A stretch of 64,000 nucleotides of DNA from Holophagales bacterium (GTDB lineage: Bacteria; Acidobacteriota; Thermoanaerobaculia; Multivoradales; Multivoraceae), in NCBI GenBank assembly GCA_009837085.1, contig VXUF01000111.1, forward strand, positions 13,497 to 77,496. The letters are read 5' to 3'. Below are positions 51,189 to 60,627 of the stretch, in pieces (position 1 is the first letter of the stretch; every line of letters begins with the position of its first letter). The notes under the pieces are model-generated. The model ran no database searches. It had not been told where the DNA came from and saw nothing but the letters and a program-made list of their open reading frames with translations. The position numbers were made by a program, and so were the translations under genes.

Positions 51189-53522
51189 TTACTCCGGCGT
51201 GCCGGGCGCCTCCACCCGGATCGGCAGCCGCAGCGGTGTGACGCCGCGCTGCTCGAACCAGGCGACGTGCTCGTAGACGAGGTCGATCTCCAGGGTGTAG
51301 TCGCCTGGTTCGTTCGGTGCGCGGACCGGCAGCATCACCGTTTCGAAGCCGCCGGGAGCCAGGTCCGGCAGCAGGCTGCGGCGGCCTTCCGGGCCGACCC
51401 GGGGGCCGGGTTCCGCGCCGTCGTCTTCGGGCCCGGCGATGCCCTGTCGCCAGCGGGACGCGAGGTTCACTCCGACGTAGCCCTGGCGACGCCAGGTGAC
51501 TTCGGACTCGTTCGTCACGCCCACCGGCAGTTCGACTTCCGCACCGGCCGGAAGCGTGGCCGGCATCAGGCCGACGGTGCCGATCCGCGCCGCGAAGACC
51601 TCCGCGTTCATGTGCTCCTCGCTGCCGAGGAAGCGCAGTTCGGCGCCGAGGTAGAAGGTCTCGTCCGTTTCGCGGTTCCAGGCGTAGGCGGCGCACGGGG
51701 CCGGCGGCCGCACCCTGGTCCAGATGGTCGGCGCGCCACGGGTGGTCTCGACGCGCAGGCGATGGACGTAGCTGCGGTGGCCGTCGCGCCTTCGCGCCTT
51801 GTGCGGCCCGGGTGAAACGAGAGTCACTCGCTGGCGCCGGCCGGCCTCCGCGAACTCCACGTCGACCGCCGGACCGCCGTCGAGGCGCAGCCGCAGGCGA
51901 TTCGGCGCCACGGGCGAAGTGACGAAGAGCGTCAGGCTGTCGAACCGGTGCCGGGACTCGATGAACAGCTCGCTCGGTCCGCGGGCGGCGACCCACCAGG
52001 AACCGCCCCGTTCCAGCACTCGGTCCGCCCGGCCCAGGATTGTCATGCCGGCGATGCTTCTCCGCTCGTAGCCGGGCACGTTGCGCAGAGAGAACTCGAA
52101 CGGCAGGTAGCGCAGCGGCGCGTTGCGGGTGTGCGCCTGCAGCGTCGGCGCGGGCACGGTGACCCCGAAGGGCGCAAGCACCATCGCGCCGACGAACAGG
52201 CCGGCGGCGAGGAAGCCGGCCGGCAGCGTCCACGGGGGGATCCGGCCCGGCACGAGGAAGAGAAACGCCGGCATCACGCTGACGAAGTAGCGGTTGCCGA
52301 TGAAGCCGCCGCCGCCCTGCCAGTTCCAGCCGATGAAGAGCAGGAAGTAGCCCGCGATCACGGCCAGAGCCAGGACCAGCAGCCAGCGGTCCCGGTCGCG
52401 GCGGCCGCTGAACAGGAACAGGCCTAAGGCGATGACCGCGAACGGGTGGTAGGGCATGAGACCGGCATGGCGGCCGATCAGGAAGTAGCCGACGTTCTCG
52501 ACGACCTCACCGAACGACTGGCGGGGAACGCGGAAGAGCCAGGAGAAGGTGTTGCCCGTGGGCGACTCCGGGATGGTCACCGCGGCGGCCGCTTCGCCCG
52601 TCGTCGGAGCGGCTCCGGCGGCGATGCGGCGGGCCTCGACGATCTCGGGCGGCCAGCCGCCCGGCTCGCACACGCGCACCGCCGCCCGCACGTCGGAGCC
52701 CAGGTAGGGCAGCAACTGGCCGGTCCACCCGAGCGACATCGCCGAGAGCAGCGCCAGCGTGGCCGCGAAGCCGGCGATCCAGAGGGCGGCCGTGCGCCAC
52801 TGCCGCCGCAGCAGGAAGGCGCCGGCGAGCGGCAGTGCGATGGCGGCGAACATCGGCTTGTTGTAGACCGGCAGCGCCAGCAGGACGCCGGAGAGGACCG
52901 TCAGCCACCAGGCGCGCCGGCGGTTCTCGAAGCCCCAGTAGAGGGCGCCGAAGACCCCGAACATGTTGAACACCTCCGGCTGGATCCAGAACACGTAGCG
53001 CGAGCAGGCCGAGAGCAGGAGCAGGCCGCAGGCGAAGGTGGCGGCGACGGCGGGCGAGGCGCGACGCGCCAGGAACATCGCGGCGAGCCACAGCATGGCG
53101 ACGAAGAGCGCCATGTTGAGGAACAGCAGCCCGTTCGCGCCCCAGAGCGCGGCGAAAGGCGCTCCGAACAGCGGGTAGGCCAGCGGCTTGCCGTAGTGGA
53201 CGGTTTGCCAGCCGTCCGAGGTCATCAGGATCAGGTTGCCGGTCGAACTGAACGGGAACTCCTCGAGCAGGCGGTCGCCGTCCGCCGGCTCGTAGCTCAG
53301 GTCGAGGTCGCGGGCGAGGCTGAGCGCCATCAGGTAGTAGGCGGGTTCGTCCGCCTTGAGCGTCGCCGGTTGGCCGGGCTTGGCCGTGGTCAGCGGCACC
53401 GCCAGCAGGAAACAGCTCAGGGCCGCCAGCGTCACAGTCGCGGTGCGGCTCGCGAACAGCCCTTCGCGGTCCTGGAGCCGGGCCCGGAAACGCGCGGCCA
53501 GTGCCCGTATGGCGCTCCTCAC
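51189..53522 (-). CDS. GT-C fold glycosyltransferase (ArnT/PMT_2-like) with ~330-aa C-terminal soluble beta-rich domain
   Basis: Ten or more TM segments, with an acidic first-loop motif LKADEPAYYLMALSLA. GTG start at 53522 forms a GTGA overlap with the upstream stop. The ORF-track ATG at 53732 would overlap the upstream gene by 214 nt. Confidence 0.6.
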   Translation of the reverse strand: MRSAIRALAARFRARLQDREGLFASRTATVTLAALSCFLLAVPLTTAKPGQPATLKADEPAYYLMALSLARDLDLSYEPADGDRLLEEFPFSSTGNLILMTSDGWQTVHYGKPLAYPLFGAPFAALWGANGLLFLNMALFVAMLWLAAMFLARRASPAVAATFACGLLLLSACSRYVFWIQPEVFNMFGVFGALYWGFENRRRAWWLTVLSGVLLALPVYNKPMFAAIALPLAGAFLLRRQWRTAALWIAGFAATLALLSAMSLGWTGQLLPYLGSDVRAAVRVCEPGGWPPEIVEARRIAAGAAPTTGEAAAAVTIPESPTGNTFSWLFRVPRQSFGEVVENVGYFLIGRHAGLMPYHPFAVIALGLFLFSGRRDRDRWLLVLALAVIAGYFLLFIGWNWQGGGGFIGNRYFVSVMPAFLFLVPGRIPPWTLPAGFLAAGLFVGAMVLAPFGVTVPAPTLQAHTRNAPLRYLPFEFSLRNVPGYERRSIAGMTILGRADRVLERGGSWWVAARGPSELFIESRHRFDSLTLFVTSPVAPNRLRLRLDGGPAVDVEFAEAGRRQRVTLVSPGPHKARRRDGHRSYVHRLRVETTRGAPTIWTRVRPPAPCAAYAWNRETDETFYLGAELRFLGSEEHMNAEVFAARIGTVGLMPATLPAGAEVELPVGVTNESEVTWRRQGYVGVNLASRWRQGIAGPEDDGAEPGPRVGPEGRRSLLPDLAPGGFETVMLPVRAPNEPGDYTLEIDLVYEHVAWFEQRGVTPLRLPIRVEAPGTPE

Positions 53523-54568
53523 GGTCGTACCCTGGCGGAGCGTCCGGGTTCGGCGCGCCAGCCGGACCTCGCGGGCCAGAGCGCGCGCAGGAGACCCGAC
53601 GTGGAGTCGCGGTCGAGCACGGGCGCCGTCGGCGTCGCCGTCTCGAAGCGCAGCGTCGACGCCGGTCCGGCCGCGGTCCAGGTCCGGTTCGCGCCTTCGA
53701 AGTAGAGCAGCGTGCCGTCGCCGCCGGCCCACTCGGGGTAGAGCGAATCGGCGGGACCTGCCCAGTCTTCGCCGCTCCAGCGGCCGTCTTCGAAGCGCGC
53801 CGTTCGCACCCGGTAGACGCGGCCGTCGTAGCGGCTCCAGGCGACCGCGGCGCCGTCCCGGGTGACCCGGAGCCGCGGCGTGATGTCGGGCACGCCGTTG
53901 TCGGCCGAGACGCGGCCGCCGACCCAGCTTCCGTCCGCTTGCCGCCGCCGCCAGACGAGCTCATCGTCCTCGCCGTCGAAGGCGCACCAGACGAGCAGCC
54001 AGGACCCGTCGGTGAGTACCGCTGCGTCCAGAGCGGTCTGGGAGCCGGGGCCATCCGCGACCAGGCGCACGGCAGGCTCGAAGGCGCCGTCGCGCAAGGG
54101 CGCCAGCCAGACTTCCTGGCCGCGGGGACGGCTCGCTTCGAGCCAGGCAAGGCCGTGCAGGGGCTCTGGTCCGCCCGACGCGAGCCACCGGGCCGAGGCG
54201 AGCCGGTTCTCCGGTCGCGCCCGGTCCGGCGCCGGCAGAGCGGTCACTTCCCCGCCGCGACCGGTGTACAGCAGGAAGCGCTGCCCGTCCGCGCCGCGGG
54301 CGACGCCCGCGACGGCCCACCCCGCTCTTCCGTCGGGTTGGGGCTCGATCAGAACGAGGTCGTCGTAGCGAGCGGCGCCCGCCGCTCCGGCCGCGGGCAA
54401 CTCCACCGAGCGTTCGGTTCCCAGCCACAGGACGGGCGGTTCGGAGGTCGCCTGGAGGTGCGCCCAGGCCGATCCGCGGTAGGCGGTCAGCCCGTCGGCG
54501 GCGATTTCCCCGGGAGACGCGCCGGCCAAGGCGAGGATCGTCAGCGTCAGGCGAAGCGACCTCGGCAT
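53519..54568 (-). CDS. Hypothetical secreted protein with Trp-rich repeated beta-strand pattern (propeller-like)
   Basis: Signal peptide MPRSLRLTLTILALAGASPG. Recurring DG.W..VW / DGAAVAW / DGRWSGE strands. No family recognised. Confidence 0.5.
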   Translation of the reverse strand: MPRSLRLTLTILALAGASPGEIAADGLTAYRGSAWAHLQATSEPPVLWLGTERSVELPAAGAAGAARYDDLVLIEPQPDGRAGWAVAGVARGADGQRFLLYTGRGGEVTALPAPDRARPENRLASARWLASGGPEPLHGLAWLEASRPRGQEVWLAPLRDGAFEPAVRLVADGPGSQTALDAAVLTDGSWLLVWCAFDGEDDELVWRRRQADGSWVGGRVSADNGVPDITPRLRVTRDGAAVAWSRYDGRVYRVRTARFEDGRWSGEDWAGPADSLYPEWAGGDGTLLYFEGANRTWTAAGPASTLRFETATPTAPVLDRDSTSGLLRALWPARSGWRAEPGRSARVRP

Positions 54569-54601
54569 CAACCGCAGCTTACCGGCCGGTAAGCTCCGCG
54601 C

Positions 54602-55333
54602 GTGTCGAGGTTTGCCGATCGAATAGCGGTGGTGGCCGGGGCCACGGGCGCGATCGGCGGGGCGGTCGCCCGGGCGCTCGCCGCCGAAGGGGCGTCCCTG
54701 CTGCTCCTGGGCCGGGACGAGGCGCGGCTGCGGGAGATGGGCGCGGAACTCGAGGCGGGAAGCGGCGCCGTTCGGACCGTCGCCGGCGACCTCACCGGGC
54801 AGGCGGCGGTCGGGGAGGCCGGCGCGGCCGCGGAGTCGTTGGGCGACGGCGTGGACCTGCTCGTCCACGCCGCCGGCGCTTTTCGCGCGGGAGCGGTCGA
54901 ATCGGCGCCGATCGCGGACCTCGACCTCCAGTTCGCCGTCAATGTCCGCGCTCCATACGTTCTGACCCGGCGACTGTTGCCGGCGCTCCGCGCCCGCCGT
55001 GGTCTGGTCGTGTTCGTCAACTCGACCGCGGGCCTCGGAGCGGGCGCCGGCAGCGTCGCCTACGCCGCGAGCAAGCACGCGCTGCGGGCCGTCGCCGACG
55101 GCCTGCGCGCCGAAGTGAACGCCGACGGCGTGCGGGTGCTGAGCGTCTACCCCGGAAGGACCCGTGGCCGGATGCAGCGGGAGGTCTGCCGCGGTCTCGG
55201 CCAGCGCTACGACGCCGAGCGCTTTCTCGATCCCGCGGATGTGGCGACGGCGATCATCGACGCCACCGCGCTGCCACCGTCGGCCGAGGTCTACGACCTG
55301 CGGCTGCGGCCCGCGAGCAAGCCGCGGCTGTGA
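54602..55333 (+). CDS. Short-chain dehydrogenase/reductase (SDR)
   Basis: GATGAIGGAV (TGxxxGxG), NSTAG, YAASKHAL (YxxxK). GTG start. Confidence 0.85.
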   Translation: MSRFADRIAVVAGATGAIGGAVARALAAEGASLLLLGRDEARLREMGAELEAGSGAVRTVAGDLTGQAAVGEAGAAAESLGDGVDLLVHAAGAFRAGAVESAPIADLDLQFAVNVRAPYVLTRRLLPALRARRGLVVFVNSTAGLGAGAGSVAYAASKHALRAVADGLRAEVNADGVRVLSVYPGRTRGRMQREVCRGLGQRYDAERFLDPADVATAIIDATALPPSAEVYDLRLRPASKPRL

Positions 55334-55340
55334 CTCCGCT

Positions 55341-56813
55341 TCACGGTTCCTCGGGCGGCGCCGGCTTGCGCGACGTCACGACGTAGCCCAGCGCGCGCAG
55401 CCGTTCCATCTCTTCCGGACTGATCTCGGGCTCGCCGCGCTCGGCGAGTCTGGCAGCCAGGTCGGAACCGTTCTCCGCCTGCCAGCGTTCCTGCAACCGG
55501 CGCGCGAAGTCGTCTTCCCCGGCGCGCGTCTCGACCGCGCCCTCGGCTCGCCACTGGTAGGCCTGGAGCGCTGGACGCGTTCCGGACGCCCCCATGAGCG
55601 GCGGCGCGTTCTCGAACTCCCGTTCGAGTCGAGCCGTCAGTTCCTCCGGCGCCTCCGGCAACGGTGACGGAGGCTCGCCGCCGGCCAGCGCCAGCATCGC
55701 GTCGTGGTAGCGCTCCTCGGAAGGCGCGAAGCGGCTGGTCCACATGAGCTGACGGTCGCCCTCGACCAGGGACATCCGGTTGACGCCGTTGCCCAGGTAG
55801 AGCTCGGACAGGGCGCCGTCCGCGCTGTGCTCGAACAGGCTGGGCGGGCTCCCCGGCGGCGGCGTGCCGCCGGCGGCCTCGATCAGCGTGGAGAACAGGC
55901 GGTGGTTGGCCACCGTCTCGCCGGGGTCGATCGGGCGGGGCCACTCCTCCGGCAGCTTGACGATCAGCGGCACCTCGATCAGCACCCGGTGCAGGCTGTT
56001 GCCGTGCAGGACCTGGCCGTTTTCGCCGAACTCCTCGCCGTGGTCGGAGGTCACGGCGATCAGGGCCTCGTCGAAGTGCCCGCTGTCACGCAGCGCGTCC
56101 AGCATCCGCCCGACCTCGCCGTCCGCGTGGGCGGCGGTCAGCTGGTAGAGCTGCCAGGCCTTTTCCCTCTGATCCGGATCGAGGGGTCTGTCCGGGTCCG
56201 CGAAGGGCCGCATGTCGAGCGGGGTGAGTCGCTCCGGCAGGTCGTCGCGCGGCGCGTCCAGTCGGTCGAGATAGCGGGCGTGGCGGCGGTAGGGCGCGTG
56301 CGGCGGCAGCAGGTGCATCCAGACGAACTGCTGTCCGCCGTCGATCGCCGCCAGGACCTCCGTGACCCGTTCCATCCGGCTTACGGGGCCGAAGCGGTCG
56401 AAGCCACGGACGTAGCCGAAGGTCTGGGTGAGCCAACTGTTCGAGCGGAAGGCCGCGTTCTCGTAGCCGAGTTCGCGGAGGATCTCGGGCAGAGTGGGCA
56501 CGTCGTCGCGCAGATGGGCGCGGGCGCCGTGCCAACTGCCGTGACGCCAGGGCTGCTGGCCGGTGAAGAGGGACGCCATGGACGGCACCGTCCAGCTCGA
56601 CGTCGTGATCGCCGAACCGGCCCAGTCCGCGTCGACCGCGAGCCGATCCAGGTTCGGCATCAGGCCGGTGCCCACCAGGTCGGCGCGCAGCGCGTCGATC
56701 GTGATCAGCACGATAGGTCCGCGGTGAACCGGCGGCGCCCCGGCGCAGCCTGCCCACAGGGACGCCGCGAGAATCGCCGCCGCCAGTCGGTTTCGGGCCG
56801 AACGTCGCCTCAT
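55341..56813 (-). CDS. Sulfatase-fold (alkaline phosphatase superfamily) lipoprotein with Thr in the nucleophile position
   Basis: Lipobox LWAGC, LITIDALRAD, SWTVPSMASLFTG (T and M where sulfatases have C/S and R), VTSDHGEEFGE. C-terminal EMERLRALGYV. Confidence 0.8.
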   Translation of the reverse strand: MRRRSARNRLAAAILAASLWAGCAGAPPVHRGPIVLITIDALRADLVGTGLMPNLDRLAVDADWAGSAITTSSWTVPSMASLFTGQQPWRHGSWHGARAHLRDDVPTLPEILRELGYENAAFRSNSWLTQTFGYVRGFDRFGPVSRMERVTEVLAAIDGGQQFVWMHLLPPHAPYRRHARYLDRLDAPRDDLPERLTPLDMRPFADPDRPLDPDQREKAWQLYQLTAAHADGEVGRMLDALRDSGHFDEALIAVTSDHGEEFGENGQVLHGNSLHRVLIEVPLIVKLPEEWPRPIDPGETVANHRLFSTLIEAAGGTPPPGSPPSLFEHSADGALSELYLGNGVNRMSLVEGDRQLMWTSRFAPSEERYHDAMLALAGGEPPSPLPEAPEELTARLEREFENAPPLMGASGTRPALQAYQWRAEGAVETRAGEDDFARRLQERWQAENGSDLAARLAERGEPEISPEEMERLRALGYVVTSRKPAPPEEP

Positions 56814-56845
56814 GCCGCCTACCTTATGGCGGCCGCGCGGCGCGG

Positions 56846-58228
56846 CTACTTGGGGAGCAGCTCGATATGCAGGTCGGACCAGCGCCAGCCGGGCTGCGCC
56901 GGCTCGTTGTCGTGCTCGCCGCGGAAGCCGAAGCCGACGGCGATCCGCTGACCCTCGGCGAAGGGGATCTCGGAGATGTTGGGTTGCCCTTCCGATCTCA
57001 TCACCTCGTTGCCCGCGGAGTCGGTGAGCGTAAGCACGATTCGGCCGCCCGCGGCGTCGAAGTCGTACATGACGTCGTACGTCTGGCCGGCCCGCATCAG
57101 GTAGTGCTTCACTACCCGCTGCTTGTTCACGTGGTTGATGCCCCAGTCCGTGCGGTAGAAGACCTGGGCGGGTCCACCGGGGCCTTTGGCGACTCCGAAA
57201 CCGAAGAGGTCGACGTGCTTCTCGCGGGCCAGCCAGAACAGGTTCTGGTTCCGGGACGACACACGGTTCCAGCCGCCGTGGTGGACCTTGAAGCGAAAGA
57301 CAACGCGCTGGTAGGTGCCTGCCGGCGTGTTCAGCCGGGTCTCGTAGCTGGGCCGGCCCGTGGTGGCGCGGTGGAAGGTCCCCTTCAGGTCGACGCAGAC
57401 CCAGCCCTGGGTGCAGCCGGAAGGAGGCGGCGGATCCGGCGTCTCGGGGTTTGGCGCCGGCGGTGGCTCGCCGTATCCGGGCGGCGTCAGACTGGACACG
57501 CCGCTTTGGGACGGTTCCAGGACGGAAACCTGGTGGTTCCAGCCATCGGTGACCAGAGCGGCGACATAGAAGCTGTCGGTGCAGTTGGTCGAGATGGTGT
57601 AGCGGTCGCCCAGTTCGACCCCTACGACAAGAAGCACGTCGGAAACGTAAGTCAGGGAGAGCGGGTGATGATTCAACACCGTCGATTCCCGAGCCCAATG
57701 GCCCTCGTGGCTGCGGACACGGTGCTCGCAGCGGTTGGACGCGTGGGACAGGTTCAGGATCGCGTAGTCCGAACGGTCGTGGACGTCCCTGCGCAGGCCG
57801 CTGACGAACGCCCACGAGCCACCGCGGATCAGGCGCTCCGAGTCGACGATCGGGATCTGCTCACGCAAGCCGACCCGCTTGCCGCTCGAGTTCAGGGGCA
57901 TCAGAAAGGCCTGGAAGGTGAGTTCGCCGTGGGTGGTCAGTTCGACCATCGTGGGTCCGCCCTCCGCGAGATCGGAGTAGATCATCGTGCGGCCTGCCGG
58001 AACCTCCACCCGCGTCGCGGACGCCGACCGGTTGATCCCGCTCGTGTCCGCCGCGATCGGGAGGATGTCGAAGCTCTGACTCTGGCCAGTCGGGTTGTGC
58101 ACGCTGAGAAGAACGTCCCTCTCCTTGTCGCTGTCGCCGATCAGGACGTATGACGTGCCCTGTGCCGAAAGAGCGGCGGAAACACCGAGTATCGCGGCGA
58201 GAACCAGACCACAGGTTTGCCTCATCAT
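56846..58228 (-). CDS. Hypothetical secreted two-domain protein with Pro-rich linker
   Basis: GAGGAG upstream of ATGATG, signal peptide (LVLAAILGVSAALSAQG), linker PPGYGEPPPAPNPETPDPPPPSG. No recognisable family. Confidence 0.55.
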   Translation of the reverse strand: MMRQTCGLVLAAILGVSAALSAQGTSYVLIGDSDKERDVLLSVHNPTGQSQSFDILPIAADTSGINRSASATRVEVPAGRTMIYSDLAEGGPTMVELTTHGELTFQAFLMPLNSSGKRVGLREQIPIVDSERLIRGGSWAFVSGLRRDVHDRSDYAILNLSHASNRCEHRVRSHEGHWARESTVLNHHPLSLTYVSDVLLVVGVELGDRYTISTNCTDSFYVAALVTDGWNHQVSVLEPSQSGVSSLTPPGYGEPPPAPNPETPDPPPPSGCTQGWVCVDLKGTFHRATTGRPSYETRLNTPAGTYQRVVFRFKVHHGGWNRVSSRNQNLFWLAREKHVDLFGFGVAKGPGGPAQVFYRTDWGINHVNKQRVVKHYLMRAGQTYDVMYDFDAAGGRIVLTLTDSAGNEVMRSEGQPNISEIPFAEGQRIAVGFGFRGEHDNEPAQPGWRWSDLHIELLPK

Positions 58229-58367
58229 TCCGTTCTTCTCCTCAAGGGCGTGATGGCCCGAGTACAAGGAAGACTGACAGGATGTGCAAACATGCACAAT
58301 AGCACATAAATCAAGGTGAAGGAACTCATCAGACGGTCTGAACTCGCGCTTGTAGGATGGCGGCCCA

Positions 58368-59546
58368 TTGGCCGGTAACACCTTCCTCGGGATCTGTCGA
58401 ATCCACCTACGGGCGCTCCGGCTCGCCGCCGCGACGACTCTCGTCGCGTTCGTTTTCGGCGCAGGCGCGACCGCACAGACCCCGACCCGCTGCAAGGCAT
58501 TCGGCGACAGCATCACGGCCGGCGTGGGCGACGATCCGGGGCGGGAGGCGCGTGGTTACCCGCCGCGCCTGGAGGAACTGGTTCCCGGGCTTGTCGTCGA
58601 CAACCGCGGCGTGGGCGCGGAGCGGACGCCGGAGGGGCTGGCGCGCCTCGACGGAGTGCTCGCGGAGCCTGGCGACTGCCTGCTGCTGATGGAAGGCACG
58701 AACGACATCAGCCGGGGGATTTCGCCGGAGACGACCCTGTTCAACCTTGAGCGGATGGCCTCGCGGGCGGCGGAAGCCGGCCGGACGCCATTCCATGCGA
58801 CGTTGATTCCCCGCCTGCTGAATGCCCGTTTCGACCCGAACAACGTGGAGAACCAGGACCTGGCGCAGGCGATCCGCCGGCTGGCCGCGCAACACGGCCG
58901 TGGCCTGGTCGATCCGTTCGAGGTGTTCGGCACTCGGGCGCGGCTGTTCCGGGAGTACTACTACGCAGGCGAGGAGGATCCTGTGGGTCACCCGAACGGA
59001 GCGGGCTACGACCTGCTGGCGAGGGTCTTCGCGGACACCCTGCTGGGGACCGATACCGTGCCCCCCGTGCCGATCCGACTCTCGCCGGCGCACGGCGCGA
59101 GTCAGGTCCCCGTCGAAGCCACGGTGGAGGTGGAGATGAGGGACTTCGGCAGCGAGATCGTGGAAGGGTCGGCAAGGCTCGTGGTCGGCGGTGCGCCCGC
59201 GCCTGCCCCCGTTGTGGACGACAATGGACGGGGTCTGCGTTGGAGCTACAAGCCGCCCGTCCCGTTGAGCGGGGTGGTCACGATGGACCTTCGCGCGTGG
59301 GACCTGAACGGGAACGTCTACAACCGGATGCTCGGCCGCTTCCGGGTCCACGGTGCGGTGGTACCGCCGGGCGACGTGGACGGGGACGGACGGGTCACTG
59401 GCACGGATCTGGTCCGTCTCGGTCTGGCGTTCGGCGCCGGCGCCCGGTCGCGGCGTTACGACGCCGACGCCGACGTCGACGGCAGTGGCCAGGTCGACGG
59501 CGAGGATCTGGCCATCCTCGCCGCCAACTTCGGCACCGGCGTCTGA
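58368..59546 (+). CDS. Secreted SGNH/GDSL hydrolase with Ig-like middle domain and C-terminal dockerin-type repeats
   Basis: AFGDSITAG (block I), MEGTNDI (block III). Dockerin-like pairs GDVDGDGRVTGTDLVRL and DADVDGSGQVDGEDLAIL. The TTG start is uncertain. Confidence 0.75.
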   Translation: MAGNTFLGICRIHLRALRLAAATTLVAFVFGAGATAQTPTRCKAFGDSITAGVGDDPGREARGYPPRLEELVPGLVVDNRGVGAERTPEGLARLDGVLAEPGDCLLLMEGTNDISRGISPETTLFNLERMASRAAEAGRTPFHATLIPRLLNARFDPNNVENQDLAQAIRRLAAQHGRGLVDPFEVFGTRARLFREYYYAGEEDPVGHPNGAGYDLLARVFADTLLGTDTVPPVPIRLSPAHGASQVPVEATVEVEMRDFGSEIVEGSARLVVGGAPAPAPVVDDNGRGLRWSYKPPVPLSGVVTMDLRAWDLNGNVYNRMLGRFRVHGAVVPPGDVDGDGRVTGTDLVRLGLAFGAGARSRRYDADADVDGSGQVDGEDLAILAANFGTGV

Positions 59547-59558
59547 AGGACGCGGCGG

Positions 59559-60617
59559 ATGCAGCTCGGCATCCTCGGCCTGCCGAAGGCGGGCAAGACG
59601 GCGCTCTTCAATGCGCTGACGGTTTCACGCCAGGAGACCGGGAAGTTCAAGGCGTCCAGGACGACGAACGTCGGCGTCGCGCACGTGGACGACCCGCGCC
59701 TCGAGCGCCTCCGCGAGCTTTACAGCCCGCGACGCCATGTGCCGGCGCAGGTGCGGTTCGTGGATGTTCCGGGCATCGACCGCGGCCGGGGCGAGACCCT
59801 CGACCTGGCCGGGTTGCGGATGATGGACGCCCTCGTCCACGTCGTGCGAGCGTTCGAGGATCCGGAACTTGTCCATCCGGCCGGCGGCGTCGACCCGGAG
59901 CGTGACGTGGCCGCGGTCGACCTGGAGTTGATCCTCGCGGACTACGAGCTGGTCGAGCGGCGGCTCGAGCGCCTGGTCCAGGCCCGGAAGCGGGGCCTCA
60001 CCGACCTGGAGAAGCGCGAGCGCGCATTGCTGTCGGAGCGTGTTCTTCCCGTGCTCGAAGCGGAGACGTCGCTGCGGTCGATCGAGTTCGGCGACGATGA
60101 AGAGAAGCAACTGCGCGGCTACGGACTGCTGTCCCTGAAACCGATGCTGGTTGTGCTGAACGTCGACGAGGCGGTCGCAGGCGGTCCTTCCGAGCGCTCG
60201 TCATCAGGAGCTCAAACGGACCTGTTGACCGTAAGTGCTGTCCTCGAGGAGGAGATCTCGCGCCTCGAGCCGGAGGACCGCGGCGCCTTCCTGGCCGAAG
60301 CCGGTCTGGACCAGCCCAGCGCGGTGCGTGTGGTGAGGGCCGGCTACGGTCTCCTTGGACTGATCTCCTTCTTCACCGTCGGCGAGGACGAAGTGCGTGC
60401 CTGGACGATCCGCCGCGGCGACACGGCCGGAACCGCGGCGGGGGCCGTTCACTCCGACATCGAACGGGGCTTCATCCGCGCCGAAGTCGTCGACTGGCGG
60501 GAGCTGATCGACGCCGGTTCGATGGCGGCCTGCCGGGACCGCGGAACGCTGCGTCTGGAGGGCCGTGGATACCCGGTGCGGGACGGCGAGGTCGTTCACT
60601 TCCGCTTCAACGTGTAG
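59559..60617 (+). CDS. ychF: Ribosome-binding ATPase YchF (Obg-like)
   Basis: GILGLPKAGKTALFNALT, FVDVPG, and a C-terminal TGS-like region (AWTIRRGDTAGTAAGAVHSDIERGFIRAEV). Confidence 0.92.
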   Translation: MQLGILGLPKAGKTALFNALTVSRQETGKFKASRTTNVGVAHVDDPRLERLRELYSPRRHVPAQVRFVDVPGIDRGRGETLDLAGLRMMDALVHVVRAFEDPELVHPAGGVDPERDVAAVDLELILADYELVERRLERLVQARKRGLTDLEKRERALLSERVLPVLEAETSLRSIEFGDDEEKQLRGYGLLSLKPMLVVLNVDEAVAGGPSERSSSGAQTDLLTVSAVLEEEISRLEPEDRGAFLAEAGLDQPSAVRVVRAGYGLLGLISFFTVGEDEVRAWTIRRGDTAGTAAGAVHSDIERGFIRAEVVDWRELIDAGSMAACRDRGTLRLEGRGYPVRDGEVVHFRFNV

Positions 60618-60627
60618 CCTGCCGGCA

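Noticed and set aside
51189-58516. ORF-track N-terminal extensions: 53732 for the GT-C gene, 55078 for the secreted protein, 57815 for the sulfatase-fold gene, 58516 for the orphan secreted protein
   Set aside because: Each extension overlaps the upstream gene by hundreds of nt and is compositionally shadow-like. Internal starts followed by signal peptides or lipoboxes, or a GTGA overlap, give coherent proteins.
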